A DNA stretch of 64,000 bases from Tubulanus polymorphus (taxonomy: Eukaryota; Animalia; Nemertea), in the NCBI RefSeq assembly GCF_964204645.1, contig NC_134026.1, positions 11,307,950-11,371,949 of the forward strand, given 5' to 3'. This document shows, piece after piece, positions 49,754 through 62,486 of the stretch (position 1 is its first letter; each line of letters begins with the position of its first letter). A program made the translations under genes and the position numbers. Under the pieces are notes generated by a model. That model made no database searches. It worked only from the letters and a program-made list of their open reading frames with translations, and was not told where the DNA came from.

Positions 49754-50365
49754 ATGAATAAAGATTTATCTATATTTGAATCGCATAATATGTTAGTTAC
49801 TGGTGTAACAAATTGTGGTAAAACACATTTCATATTAGATTTGTTAGAAACTATTTATAAGAATCATTTTGATAATATAATATTATTCTGTCCTACTTAT
49901 GAAATGAATAAAACATATAATAGAGATATAGTTAAGATGAAAAAGTTTATTATATTAAATCCTAAAACAGTAAAAGAAAATTTAGATAATTGTATAAAAA
50001 TAGCAATTGATACTTATAAAGGATCAAATACATTATTCATTGTAGATGATTGCGAAAATTTACATGATTCAAAAGTTAGAGAAAGTGAGTTATGTTATTT
50101 AGCTTTCTCTGGAAGACATTTCGGGATAACAACATGGGTTTTAAATCAAAAATATAATTCAATTGTTAAAGACTTTAGGGAGAATATAAGATTTCTAGTT
50201 TTATTTTATAACAAAGATAAAAACTCTATGCAACAATCATTGGAAGAAAATCAAATTATACCTACTGAATAACATGATGAATATATGAATAAATTAAAGA
50301 ATAATAAAGGTTCAAAATTATTACTGAGACTACAATTTCCCTATGAATATAAATTTATAAAATAA
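49754..50365 (+). pseudogene. A32/FtsK-like packaging ATPase (premature stop at ~50270)
   Basis: GVTNCGKT, FIVDD, SGRH, NQ motifs. Confidence 0.92.
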
Positions 50366-50398
50366 AATTTATAATTTGGAATATTATAGAAACTAATT

Positions 50399-50697
50399 TA
50401 TATATCTATGTACTAGACGTACGAGTAAGAAAGTAAGATTCTTACCTTTTAACTTTCTTGGCAGGAATCTTGGATTCTTACGTACGTCTAGTCCATAGAA
50501 ATATGAATTATTAAATGAAATATATAATAATGAATAAATCATATATCAAAACTATGTTTATAATTTATGTTTATAATTTATGTTTATAATTTATGTTATA
50601 ATTTATGTTTATAATTTATGTTTATAATTTATATTTCTTGGCAAGGATTCTTGGATTCTTACTTTCTTACTCATACGTCTAGTGCGTAGATATATAA
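50399..50697. repeat. Convergent intergenic region: ~42-bp inverted repeats around a (TTTATAATTTATG)n array
   Basis: tatatctatgtactagacgtacgagtaagaaagtaaga vs tcttactttcttactcatacgtctagtgcgtagatata; about six 13-bp units at 50555-50632. Confidence 0.8.
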
Positions 50698-50719
50698 ATA
50701 TTTTTATAGATATATAAAT

Positions 50720-51800
50720 AGTTTTATAATAATTATTCTAATTTTGTTTCTAATACATTTATAAAATCATCTTTGTTTATATCAAATTCATCAGAAGTCT
50801 TTGGCATATTTATTAATTCTATTTCATCCTTCATTCTACGTTCATCATCACTTAATCAAGCTTTTATTCTTAATTTTTCAAAGTAATCATTAGAATTATC
50901 ACCATCAAAATCAAATTCAAAATCATTTATTAAATTAAATAAATCTAGGTATCCATTATACGCTAACTTATATATTTGGTCAGGATTATCTTCTGCATAA
51001 GCTAATAATTTATCAAATAACAACTTAAAGAATATATGATATTGTTTAGTTTCAGGATTAAAATATTTGATATATTTCTTTGGTTCATCTAACAATGGTA
51101 ACATACCCACTTTTTTATAAACATTAATTAGATGTAATTTTGATTTATAACGAGTAATTTTATCAACAGGTTCAATTTCTTTATTACAATAATCACATAT
51201 TAATTCTTTTTCATTTTCTATGTGCCCCTTAGATTTTTTATGTTTAGAAAAATTACTTTTAGAAATATCTAAATTACAAATGTTACAATGTTTTTTAGAA
51301 TCATCAATTATTTCATTATCTGTTATATCATTATCATTAGTTTCAATTGGGTTAACATTATCTATTACATTATCTGTTATATTATCTATGGTATCATTAG
51401 TTTCAATTGGGTTAACATTATCTTTTATATTACTAACTGATATATTATTATCATTATTTTTCTTTTCTTTTTCTATATGTTTCTTTGATTTCTTATGTGA
51501 TGCCCAATTTTTATATGATATATATTTCTTACATACATCACAATATTTTGGATTATAATAATCTTTTTTTGATTCAATATCATATGTAGAGGGTATATTA
51601 TAAGATGTAGATGCTGTTACATCTTCTATTTTAGTTTCAATATTATTACTATCTTCTATTTTAGTTTCAATATTATCTTCTATTTTATATTCAATATCAT
51701 TCTTATCTTCTATTTTAGTTTCAATATTATTTTCTATGTTAGTTTCAATATTATCTTTTATTTTACTTATTCTATATTTGAATTGATTAAAGTAATCTCC
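50720..51800 (-). pseudogene. Copy C accessory multi-zinc-finger gene with IETKIED repeats
   Basis: CDVC...HKKSKKH, CNIC...HKKSKGH, CDYC; disrupted, start unclear. Confidence 0.65.
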
Positions 51801-51835
51801 AAAATACTTTATAAATTTTTATTAAAGTTAAAATT

Positions 51836-53070
51836 TTAATACATAACACTATTTAATTGAGAATTTACAATATTTAATTGCGCGTCAGATATAATATAAA
51901 TGTGCATTTTGAAATTTAGGCTTCCTTTTTCTTTGTCATGAATAATTGTATTCCATCTTTAGTGTTTTGTAATTTTTTTCCAGCACCATGTAATGAATTA
52001 TCCTCTGTCGTTCTAAAATCTAACCATAATGCATATATATTACCGGTATAATAATCAATTTGATCAATATTACAATTTTCAGATGATTTCACTTTCTCAT
52101 TCATAAAATGTTTTCTAATTTCTGGCCATTGATCAATCATTCTCATTCCTTGACAAAATATTTTATTTGCTATTCCTTCGATAGATATTTCTACTTTTGT
52201 TATTTCAGGATTATAATAATTATCAACATTTATTGCACCATTAGTATATGTTGCAATGGTAAAAATTATTAATATACCTTTAATAGATCTTCTTGGGAAG
52301 TTAATATTCTCATTAATAATTTCATCATTTTTAATATAAATTTATCAATATAATCATATAATAATGAAAATCCTTGATTGTATTTAGTTTGAATTATACT
52401 TGAAATATTTTCATCAGTTACTGTATCATATTCTAAACATATATTCGATAATTTATAACTCATATCTTTATTAACGCTAGATAATACAATTTCATTTACA
52501 GGAGCAAATGTTATTTCGAACATAACATCTTCTTGAATTGCGTATTTATATAAAGGTGCATTATTATTTATCAATTCAAAGTCTAATGGAATTTTATATT
52601 TGCTTCCATATATACTTTTTATCAATTTATCTATAGCATTAGTTAATATTGCATTATGTGCTTCTGATCTTAATTTATTTTGGTTTTTCCGATTGGATGC
52701 CTTGAAATATCATATTATTTCTATTTTCTTTAGTTAACCATAAATCTTTATAATGCATAAATAAATTATAATCATGTAATGAGAAAACTGTTTCTGGGCC
52801 AATCTTTATAGTTAATTTTTTAATCAAATATCTTCCAACATTATCAACAACATAATTATTATTATTACCGATTACTTTTATATCGGCTGATAAATAAATA
52901 CTATTTGGAACATAAAAAGTATTTTGTGTTAATCGAGGAATTCTAACATATAAAGTTTCATCAGGATTAATATTAGAAGGGTTATGAGTAATTATATGAT
53001 GTGATCTTTCTGCTTTAATAGCATTAGATATTCTATGATTCTTAGAAGGATTGATATAACTCCCACTCAT
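51836..53070 (-). pseudogene. Major capsid protein (double jelly-roll) of copy C, frameshifted
   Basis: ITHNPSNINPDETLYVRIP, KIPLDF, YKLSNICLEYDTV, YNPEITKV, ALWLDFRT, YIISDAQLNI: motifs I recognise from adintovirus-type MCPs. Confidence 0.8.
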
Positions 53071-53093
53071 TTATTTAACAAAAAATTAATTAT

Positions 53094-54579
53094 TTATTTT
53101 TGATCATGTTTACTTGATATTTTTTGATATCATGTTTACTAACCCAAAAATAATAGCACTTACAACTGTAATTAAAAATAAAATAATATGTTCAGCAGCA
53201 AAGTTAATAACGTTTCCTGCAGATTTCAATATAAAACCAACAATTGATGCAATAATTTCTGGTAAAGCTGCAGCAGATTTGTTAGATAGTTCCCATAAAT
53301 ATTTTGCTTATTTCTTTAAACCATCTTTAACTTTATCTTGTATAGAATTATTATCTGGAGGTTTATCTGGTTTATTGGGAGTAGGAGTAGATTTCAGTGA
53401 ATTCGATATAGCTAAACCTATTGTTGTAAATAACATAGTTACAGCTGTTAGAATTGAAAGAATTGTTATTCCTTCTAATTTAAATAACAATTTTATTCTA
53501 TCTTTCAATGATATTTCAGAATCTGGTTTCATCAACAAATCTTTAAAAATAACTTTGAATCTATTTATATTATAATCATATGATTTTAATAATAATTTAA
53601 TTTCTTCTTTTTGTAATTCTATGTTATATTCTAAATCATCTTTTTCTTTTTCTAAATACGCATTTCTTTTTTTAAATTCGATTTCTTCAATTACTTTATT
53701 ATCTCTGTCTAATTTTAGTTGTTCAGATTCTTTTCTTGATTTAAATAATTCATCTTCTAAAGTTCTAATTTTTAAATCTCTTATACTTTTATCATGCGCA
53801 ATTTTATCAGCTTCATTTCTTATACTAATAATTTCTCTTATTGCTTTATCAGAAAATATATCTAAATCTTTTAATTCTTGATCTGTTGCATCAAGTAATC
53901 CATTTGGTAAAAGTTTTTCAATTGGAACTTTATTTGATTTAAGTTTACTAGTTTTGGAAGTTATATTCTGTTCAGAAGTTGTTTCTGTTTCTAAATAATT
54001 TTTGATTGTTTCAAATAATTCATTAATTCTTTGTTTAAATACTCTTTTATTTTGATTTATTTCTTCTTGTGTTACATCTTCTATTTCATTACTATTTCTT
54101 ATTCTCTTAATTCTAGATAGTAATGAGTCAGACTTAAGCAAAGTTGATTTTGCTACTATTTTTTCTTCTTTTTTATTAGAGATATTAATATAATAATCCG
54201 ATTTATCTTTCTCACGATAATAAAATTCACCATCTAAAAACTTTAAATCTTGTACTAAAAGTCTGGCGCCTCTGGCATTTATATTATATCCAGATTCTAC
54301 AAATACATGTTTGAAATTATAAATACATTCATTATATTCTAAATTTTCCTTTAATAAACCTGGATTTTCATTTTCAATAGGTATTCTCGATCTAGTTCTT
54401 CTATCAAATTCATCTGAAGATGGGGCTTTAGTACCACTTTCTGCTAAATTAGAATTATATGCTGATTCATTACCATCATCAATATTAGTATCAGCAGTCA
54501 TATAATCATCATCAATATATCCTTCATTATTATTTCCCATTTCTCCAATTTCATAATCTTCTCCACCTTTTACATCCAT
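53094..54579 (-). pseudogene. GasderminX-like coiled-coil/membrane protein of copy C (stop at 53308)
   Basis: LKDRIKLLFKLEGITILSILTA...proline linker...KSAAALPEIIASIVGFILKSAG. Confidence 0.75.
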
Positions 54580-54600
54580 TTACAAAATAAAAAATTAAAA

Positions 54601-55920
54601 TTAAAAATATAATATTCCTCCGATTACAATTCCTATACAAGTTAAAGCTAATTTAGTATTTTCATGGGATTTATTATCATCATTTAGTTTAATTATATCA
54701 TGTTGAATAATATCAGTTTTAATATTTTCTGATGTATTGTAATCTTTTATTTTAGAATCATTATTTAATTTAATATTATTAGTTTTAGTTTCAGTTGATT
54801 GAATGTGTTTTTTATTTTTTTCACCTTCCATTAATTTTGGAGCAGTGATAATCTTTTTATTTATATCATTCAATCCAAATGAATTATTTATTGTCGCAGT
54901 TTTAATTAGATTATTATAACCAATTATATTTCCCATCTTTAATACTAAATCATTAGAAATAATGAATAGATTAGGGCCTATACAATAATTTAATCTAATA
55001 TGTGATTTATCTAAATAATTTTGATATCTTACAATGTTTTCTGGAATCGATCTATTTTTATCATTATGAATTGAATCTTCAAATAATACTTTGCATTGTT
55101 TCTGCGCATCGAATGAAGTGTTATCATTTCCAATTATTGGGGATCTTGTTTCAACTTGCGCACTTAAAATACATATCAAATAAGTTCTAATAGATTGATT
55201 TATTCTTTGTATACCAGCTTTAGTAAAACCTTCACTATTTTCTAAAATGAAATTAACCCAACCATTATTATTTTGTTGTTGTATATTATTATAATATTTT
55301 GGTAATTCATTCCAATTTAGTGTTCTTATATCTGAATTTGTCATTATTTTTCCAAATTCTTTAGTATACAATATTCCTAATCCACCCATTGTTCCAATTT
55401 TTGATCTAAAATCTTTATTTGAATTAATATTAAATTCATTACATATTTTATAAAACTTAGAAAAATTAATATTATTATTCAATTCTTTAAAATATTTTGA
55501 ACCTGGTAAAGGACATTCTAATTCATCTAATATTAATTTTATTTGAAAATAAGTATGAAATCTAAAAAGTGATAACATTAATGGTAAACTTGGTTTGTTT
55601 AAATGATCATTCCAACTAATTCCACATCCTGTTGTTGCACAATAAACAGCAAAATTTAATTGGTTCTGCCAATACTTCATATTAGATTTTAATAACCATT
55701 GTTTTGCCTCATTTAAATTTTTAAAATTAATTGTATACACATGAAATATATTTTCCATCTTTACATGAAAATTATTACTTTCAGTAACATAAATATATAA
55801 ATCAATTAATGAATCTAAAACTTAATTTCTATATGAAATATCTTTATTAAAATCTATTGCAGGAATATTATATTTTATTGATTTATTATATTGGAAAGCT
55901 TTTGGAAAACTATCTGCCAT
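54601..55920 (-). pseudogene. YWQNQLNFAVYCATTGCGIS-family protein of copy C
   Basis: 385-aa ORF plus frameshifted 5' part from TAAATG at 55920. Confidence 0.8.
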
Positions 55921-55936
55921 TTATATAACTAAAAAA

Positions 55937-57402
55937 TTAATAATTTATCAATTCTTTTAATAATTTATCTTGTTCTTCAACTGTTATATGGCCATTTAAA
56001 CTTATTATATAATCTAGTGTATTCTTTAATTTATTAATTTCTTTTATATTAGTTTTAATTTTTTCTTTATTACTTTTTATATTTAATTTTGAACTTATAC
56101 CAGTTAAAACACTTGAACTTAATCCTAATACACCAATTGATATAGCTAAAGGTGTTAATGGACTGAATATTGCTAGAAATGTTATTACAGAACTAATTGT
56201 AACCGAACCACTTATAATCAAATAATATATAATTTTACTTTTTAAATATTTTTTCTTTTTAACTTTAAATCATTTTCAAATTCTAATATTTGTTTTTCTA
56301 AATATATTTTCAATTTAGTTTTATTTATATCATGAGGAATAATATCAATATTATCAACTTTATCATCCATTTATTTAGCAAAAAAAATTACTAATTAGTA
56401 AACTTATAAGCAACAAATATAACAATAACTGTTCCACCTAAAATCCATATTATTTCATATTTCTTCTGTTCATTACTTGGGGTATAATAATCTGATAATT
56501 TAGGTTTGTATAGATGTAATTTTTCTTTTATTTGTTACTGCGTTATATAAACTCATTGCATCATCAACTGATTGAAAATCTCTATGTGAAATCTTCTGAT
56601 CATATAATTCCTTGTTAATATAATCCATATAGTTTTGTCTCTTTTCTCTAATTCTTCCGCTGCTTTATTTGTATTTCTCTAATGCTAAGTTATGTCTTTT
56701 TTGTTCTGTTAATGAACCATTTTTATCAATATGTTTAAATAAATAACCGCCACCAGTAAATGCTAAAGCGTTAACAATTGCCGATCCTATAATAGTTATA
56801 ACTGCAAAAGCCATTTATTTAGTAAAATAATTATGCATTTATATGGGAGGAATATATTTTTGTTTTTCTAAATAATCAATAGTTAAATTAGATAAAGTAA
56901 CTGCTAATGTTAATTTTAAAATATCATTTATATCAAATCTATCAACATTAACACTTCCCATTTTGAATACTTTTTTTAATACCATTGAATAACCAACAGT
57001 TCCAACTGATAGTAATGCTCCATTATATAATCCAGTTATTATCCACTTATTATCACTCATTTATTTATCAAAAAAATTACTATCATCAAAATATTTAGTT
57101 ACCTTATTTATGATTAATTCAACATTTATTTCATTACTACTTTTATGATTATCATATATTTTTGTTAATATGTTTTTAATATCATCAATCATTCCATCTT
57201 CATTTAATTCATAATATTCTAAAGGTGATTTAATTAAATCAATTACTTTTCCTATATTATAATTTTCTTTATTAATCATTGATGCATTGTTAAATGATTT
57301 ACTTTTTATATCAGTAATTACATCATTTAGTTCAATTCTTATTTCTTTACCATGTTTAAAATCAAACCCAAAACATATACTCGGTCCAACAGTTATATTC
57401 AT
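55937..57402 (-). CDS. Copy C cluster of four small genes (55937-56370, 56391-56814, 56839-57060, 57061-57402), some frameshifted
   Basis: Colinear with 40579-42274. Confidence 0.8.
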
Positions 57403-57419
57403 TTATATAGTGAAAAAAA

Positions 57420-58167
57420 TTACTCTTTACATCTTATAACTAATTCATAAATTACAGGGAAATTATTTAAATCAATTAAGTATCCATTATGATTTCTAAT
57501 TTCTAATCTAAAATTATTAAAACGAGGAATGCATGGTTTGAAATCACATTCTGTTAAATTATAATTTATTTGCGTTCCAAATTCTTTAACATTCTTCAAT
57601 GGTAAAATGTTTAGTAAACCAGAATTACAAGTTATATCTTTAGTTGCTTCGAATGTTTTTGTAGGATCGATTAAATTGCAATAAATATAAAAATGTGTGT
57701 AAGGTATTAAGTTTGGTGTAACAGCATCAATATTTGGAAGAATTCCTAATAGTTAAGCTATAGGTTTTTTTACCATAAATTTATGTTTTTCACTATTAGA
57801 CAACCTTATCTTTATTATATCAGAACTATTACTTTTTAAAAATCTAATACTAAACCCAGAACTACTACCTAATTTGTGCCAGGCTTTTCTATTAATTTCT
57901 TGTGCTAATGTATCAAAATTATATAACCCCGGTTTTAAATATATCTAGGACCATTCATTTTTACCTTAATCAAAAATTAAAAAGGCTCTATGTTCAATAG
58001 TTTTATCCGATATATTATAAAAAAGAATTACATAAACTTATATTTACTAATTTTAAATCAACACAATTCTTAAATTCTCTATCTAATTGAACTAATAAAT
58101 TATGTGATTTATAATTTGTAAGTTTTCTTGAATCAACAAATATTCTGTATTCTTTTAATTCCGCCAT
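57420..58167 (-). pseudogene. Copy C penton
   Basis: Homologous to 39807-40562, frameshifted, divergent centre. Confidence 0.8.
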
Positions 58168-58182
58168 TTATTTTTACATATT

Positions 58183-58536
58183 TTATTCGAAATCTATTTC
58201 ATGATGCCCTTTTTCATTCTTACCTTTGTATACGAAATAGAAATCACCAGAACATAATTCTTCTAGATCTTCACTTGATAATCTATGAAATCTATCCTGT
58301 AAATATGTTCTGAATTTATATGTATTTCCTTTTAATCCTTCATATTCTAAGTGTATAACTAATTTATCTCCATAGTTATTAGTAACTGTATCAATATTTG
58401 TAATTAAATATTTCTTATGAATTGTTAATTCTGTTAACTTTTTGAATTTATAATCTACAGATTTTACATTTTTTATATCTTTAATTCTATCTAGAAATAA
58501 TTTGTTGTTCTCACTGTGTGTTTGTTTACTCTCCAT
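58183..58536 (-). CDS. Copy C homolog of ORF 39439
   Basis: Near-identical 117-aa protein. Confidence 0.75.
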   Translation of the reverse strand: MESKQTHSENNKLFLDRIKDIKNVKSVDYKFKKLTELTIHKKYLITNIDTVTNNYGDKLVIHLEYEGLKGNTYKFRTYLQDRFHRLSSEDLEELCSGDFYFVYKGKNEKGHHEIDFE

Positions 58537-58564
58537 TTTAATAACATATTTTATTAAAATTTAA

Positions 58565-60011
58565 TTAACACGTTAGAATTCTTTTCATTATCTCGTTCTC
58601 TTTTGTTTCTTCTCTTTTAAATTTTAAGTACTCATCTAAATTACAACCATAAGCAACTGTATGAATTCCATCATCTAAAATATATCTTTTATCATCAAAT
58701 GGATTCAAACTAACCTTTTCAATTTCTTCAATAAACATTTCATGATCTTCAGATCTTAAACATCTCATCTTATGTTTTCTAACTTCTTCATTGAATATAC
58801 AATTGATGTAATCTTTGAAATGAATATTCTTTTCTACTACACTTTTGGTTATTCCTTTTAACTTTTTAGCTTCATGTTCTTCAGTTTTATATGAATACAT
58901 TTTAGATCTAATACCAATGAATTCAATCATTTCTTCACCGCCTAATTCATCTTTGAATTTACCAGGAACTTTTTTATTATCATTGCTAAACAATTCATGA
59001 TTTTTAGGATAATTACTGAAATCAAAATGATGTTTTAATGTTTTTAAATCATCAGTTATGTTATCAGTTTTTATCTTTAATATGTAAGAATCGGTATCAA
59101 AATATAATATTTCTATATGTTTTTCTCCAAAAAGTGGTTGTAATACATTATAATAGAATTCATACATTAGTAATTTTGATAATTCTAAAACTGACGCGCC
59201 AACATAGATTGGTTTATTAAATTTCATTGATGTTCTTCTCATCTTAACTGCAGCTAAATTTTCATCAAATATTCTGTTACCAATGAACTTAGGATATGAT
59301 TGTAAATGTCTAATTCTTTTACCATTACTAACTAACTCAATATCATTTCTATTTCTAATATTTTCACAAGTCTTACCATAGAATGCATTGTTCATTAGTT
59401 TGAAGAAATCTTTCTCAAAATCAGTTTTAGCTTCAGTTCTCTGTTTGGTATTAAAATCTATATTTTTCTAACCACTTAGATTGACTAAATGAAATATAAC
59501 TATGCACTTTTTTTAGGATCATTCCTTGTTTTAGATAAAACTTTAACATTCTATAATGTACTACATAATTATATTTATCTTCTTGAGTTACCATTAACTT
59601 TTCTGTATGAATATGATTTTCAGGTTTAATTCTTTTTTGATAATTTGATAATTCTTCATGAGTTACAGTTTTATGTTCTGACAGTATGCTTTTAATTGTG
59701 TTCTGTTTCTTATCATTATCTTTATCAAAATAATCTTCACCTAAAATATCATTATTCTTATTTCTAATATGACTTTTAGATTTTAAATGTTCATTATAAT
59801 ATCTTTTATCACTGAATGATTGATTACATGTATCACATTTGTATGTTTCTTTTTCATTCTTTAATTCATCTAATTTAGTTTCTAATATATCATCTTCATA
59901 TTCTAATTTCAATTTATTCTCTAAATGTGTTTTAGTTTTATTGTGTCTTGATTTTTGGGATTTATCTATATTGATATTACATGTTGGACAGTAGTACTTA
60001 TTTGCTTCCAT
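58565..60011 (-). pseudogene. polB: Copy C polB with ~2.6-kb internal deletion
   Basis: N-terminal Zn-finger part joined at ~59690 to EHKTVTHEEL; KLMNNAFYGK and YFDTDS retained. Confidence 0.92.
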
Positions 60012-60218
60012 TTTAATACTAAATTTTTTTTTTTAAATTGATTTTAGAAGTTCAATGATTTATATTATGTATTATTTCAATCAGACTTTACTAACACTTT
60101 TAATGTTTAAAAATCTAACTCACACAAATATGAATATTGAAATAATGTTGTAAATATATACTTTTATATTGAATAATCTGTCAATTTAAATGTTATTCAT
60201 GTACATGATTATTTTAAG

Positions 60219-60628
60219 AGTAATAGGGGTAATGGGCTTTCAGGTTAAAGGTTGAATGGTCGAGATCATTGAAAAAGAATATTAAAAGTAATTTAAAACT
60301 ATAATATATTTTCATAACCGTGTGTATTTCAGTTGAATAATAGAATAATAATTATTATTATAATATATTTGATTATATGAATTTGTGTACTGTAAATAAA
60401 TCAATTGGTCGTGGAGCGGAGCGGTAGCGAAGTGGAGCGACCAATTGATTTAATACAATATACATCTAAAATTCAAATTATTGATATCTTAGAATAAATA
60501 TTTAGTTATAATATAAAATGCACACGGTTATGAAAATATATTAAAGTTTTAAATTACTTTTAATGTTTTGTTTTTTAATGAGCTCGATCGTTCGACCTTT
60601 GGCCTGAAAGCCCATTACCCCTATTACT
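60219..60628. repeat. 410-bp terminal palindrome within TIR of copy C
   Basis: agtaataggggtaatgggctttcagg ... cctgaaagcccattacccctattact. Confidence 0.92.
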
Positions 60629-61175
60629 AGCATATAACATAGAATTACAAAAAGAAGAAATTAAATTATTATTAAAATCATATGATTATAATATTAATAG
60701 ATTAAAAGTTATTTTTAAAGATTTGTTGATAAAACCAAATTCTGAAATATAATTGAAAGATAGAATAAAATTATTATTTAAATTAGAAGGAATAACAATT
60801 CTTTCAATTCTAACAGCTGTAATTATGTTATTTACAACAATAGGTTTAGCTATATCAAATTCATTAAAATCTACTCCTACTCCCAATAAACCGGATAAAC
60901 CCCCGAATGATAATAATTCTATACAAGATAAAGTTAAGGATGGTTTAAAGAAATTAGCAAAATATTTATGGGAACTATCTAAAAAATCTGCTGCAGCATT
61001 GCCCGGAGTTATTGCATCAATTGTTGGTTTTATATTGAAATCTGCAGGAAACATTATTAACTTTGCGGCTGAACATATTATTTTATTTTTTAATTACAGT
61101 TGTAAGTGCTATTATTTTTGGGTTAGTGAATATGATATCAAAAGATATCAAGTAAACATGATAAAAAATAAATAA
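60629..61175 (+). pseudogene. GasderminX-like gene of copy B, C-part
   Basis: YNIELQKEEIKLL...KDRIKLLFKLEGITI...SAAALPGVIASIVG. Confidence 0.8.
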
Positions 61176-61195
61176 TTAAATTTTTTGTTAAATAA

Positions 61196-62454
61196 ATGAG
61201 TGGGAGTTATATCAATCCTTCTAAGAATCATAGAATATCTAATGCTATTATCTATTATCTATTATGCTATTATCTATGCTATCATATAATAACTCATAAC
61301 CCTTCTAATATTAATCCTGATGAAACTTTATATGTTTGAATTCCTCGATTAACACAAAATACTTTTTATGTTCCAAATAGTATTTATTTATCAGCCGATA
61401 TAAAAGTAACCGGTAATAATAATAATTATGTTGTCGATAATGTTGGAAGATATTTGATTAAAAAATTAACTATAAAGATTGGTCCAGAAACAGTTTTCTC
61501 ATTAGAAGATTATAATTTATTTGTGCATTATAAAGATTTATGGTTAACTAAAGAAAATAGAAATAATATGATATTTCAAGGAATCCAATCAGAAAACCAA
61601 AATAAATTAAGATCAGAAGCTAATAGCGCAATATTAACTAATGCTTTAGATAAATTGATAAAAAGTATATATGGAAGCAAATATAAAATTCCATTAGACT
61701 TTGAATTGATAAATAATAATGCACCTTTATATAAATACGCAATTCAAGATGTTATATTCGAAATAACATTTGCTCCTGTTAATGAAATTGTAATACCTAG
61801 CGTTAATAAAGATATGGGTTATAAATTATCGAATATATGTTTAGAATATGATACAGTAACTGATGAAAATATTTCAAGTATAATTCAAACTCAATACAAT
61901 CAAGGATTTTCATTATTATATGATTATATTGATAAATTCAAAACTGTAACTATTAATGCAAATGATGAAATAATTAATGAGAATATTAACTTCCCAAGAA
62001 GATCTATTAAAGGTATATTAATATTTTTTACCATTGCAACATATACTAATGGTGCAATAAATGTTGATAATTATTATAATCCTGAAATAACAAAAGTAGA
62101 AATAACTATCGAAGGAATAGCAAATAAAATATTTTGTCAAGGAATGAGAATGATAGATCAATGGCCAGAAATTAGAAAACATTTTATGAATGAAAAAGTG
62201 AAATCATCTGAAAATTGTAATATTAATCAAATTGATTATTATACAGGTAATAAATATGCATTATGGTTAGATTTTAGAACAACAGAGGATAATTCATTAC
62301 ATGGTTCTGGAAAAAACTACAGAACACTAAAGATGGAATACAATTATTCATGACAAAGAATAAAGGAATCAAAAATCTTAAAATGCACATTTATATTATA
62401 TCTGACGCGCAATTAAATATTGTAAATTCTCAATTAAATAGTGTTATGTATTAG
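61196..62454 (+). pseudogene. Major capsid protein of copy B, disrupted
   Basis: Near-identical to 51836-53070. Confidence 0.8.
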
Positions 62455-62486
62455 AATTTGAACTTTAATAAAAATTTATATAATAA

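Larger units (their letters stand above)
44519..60628 (-). mobile_element. Polinton copy C, both ends present, 16.1 kb, polB internally deleted
   Basis: TIRs 44519-~45113 and ~60034-60628; TSD tgcata (44513-44518) / agcata (60629-60634); interrupted gene rejoins across it. Confidence 0.95.

Noticed and set aside
53114-53881. Plus-strand hydrophobic ORFs (also 51220-51558, 60686-61054, 62945-63259, 44268-44477)
   Set aside because: Antisense shadows of Lys/Glu/Asn-rich genes on the other strand
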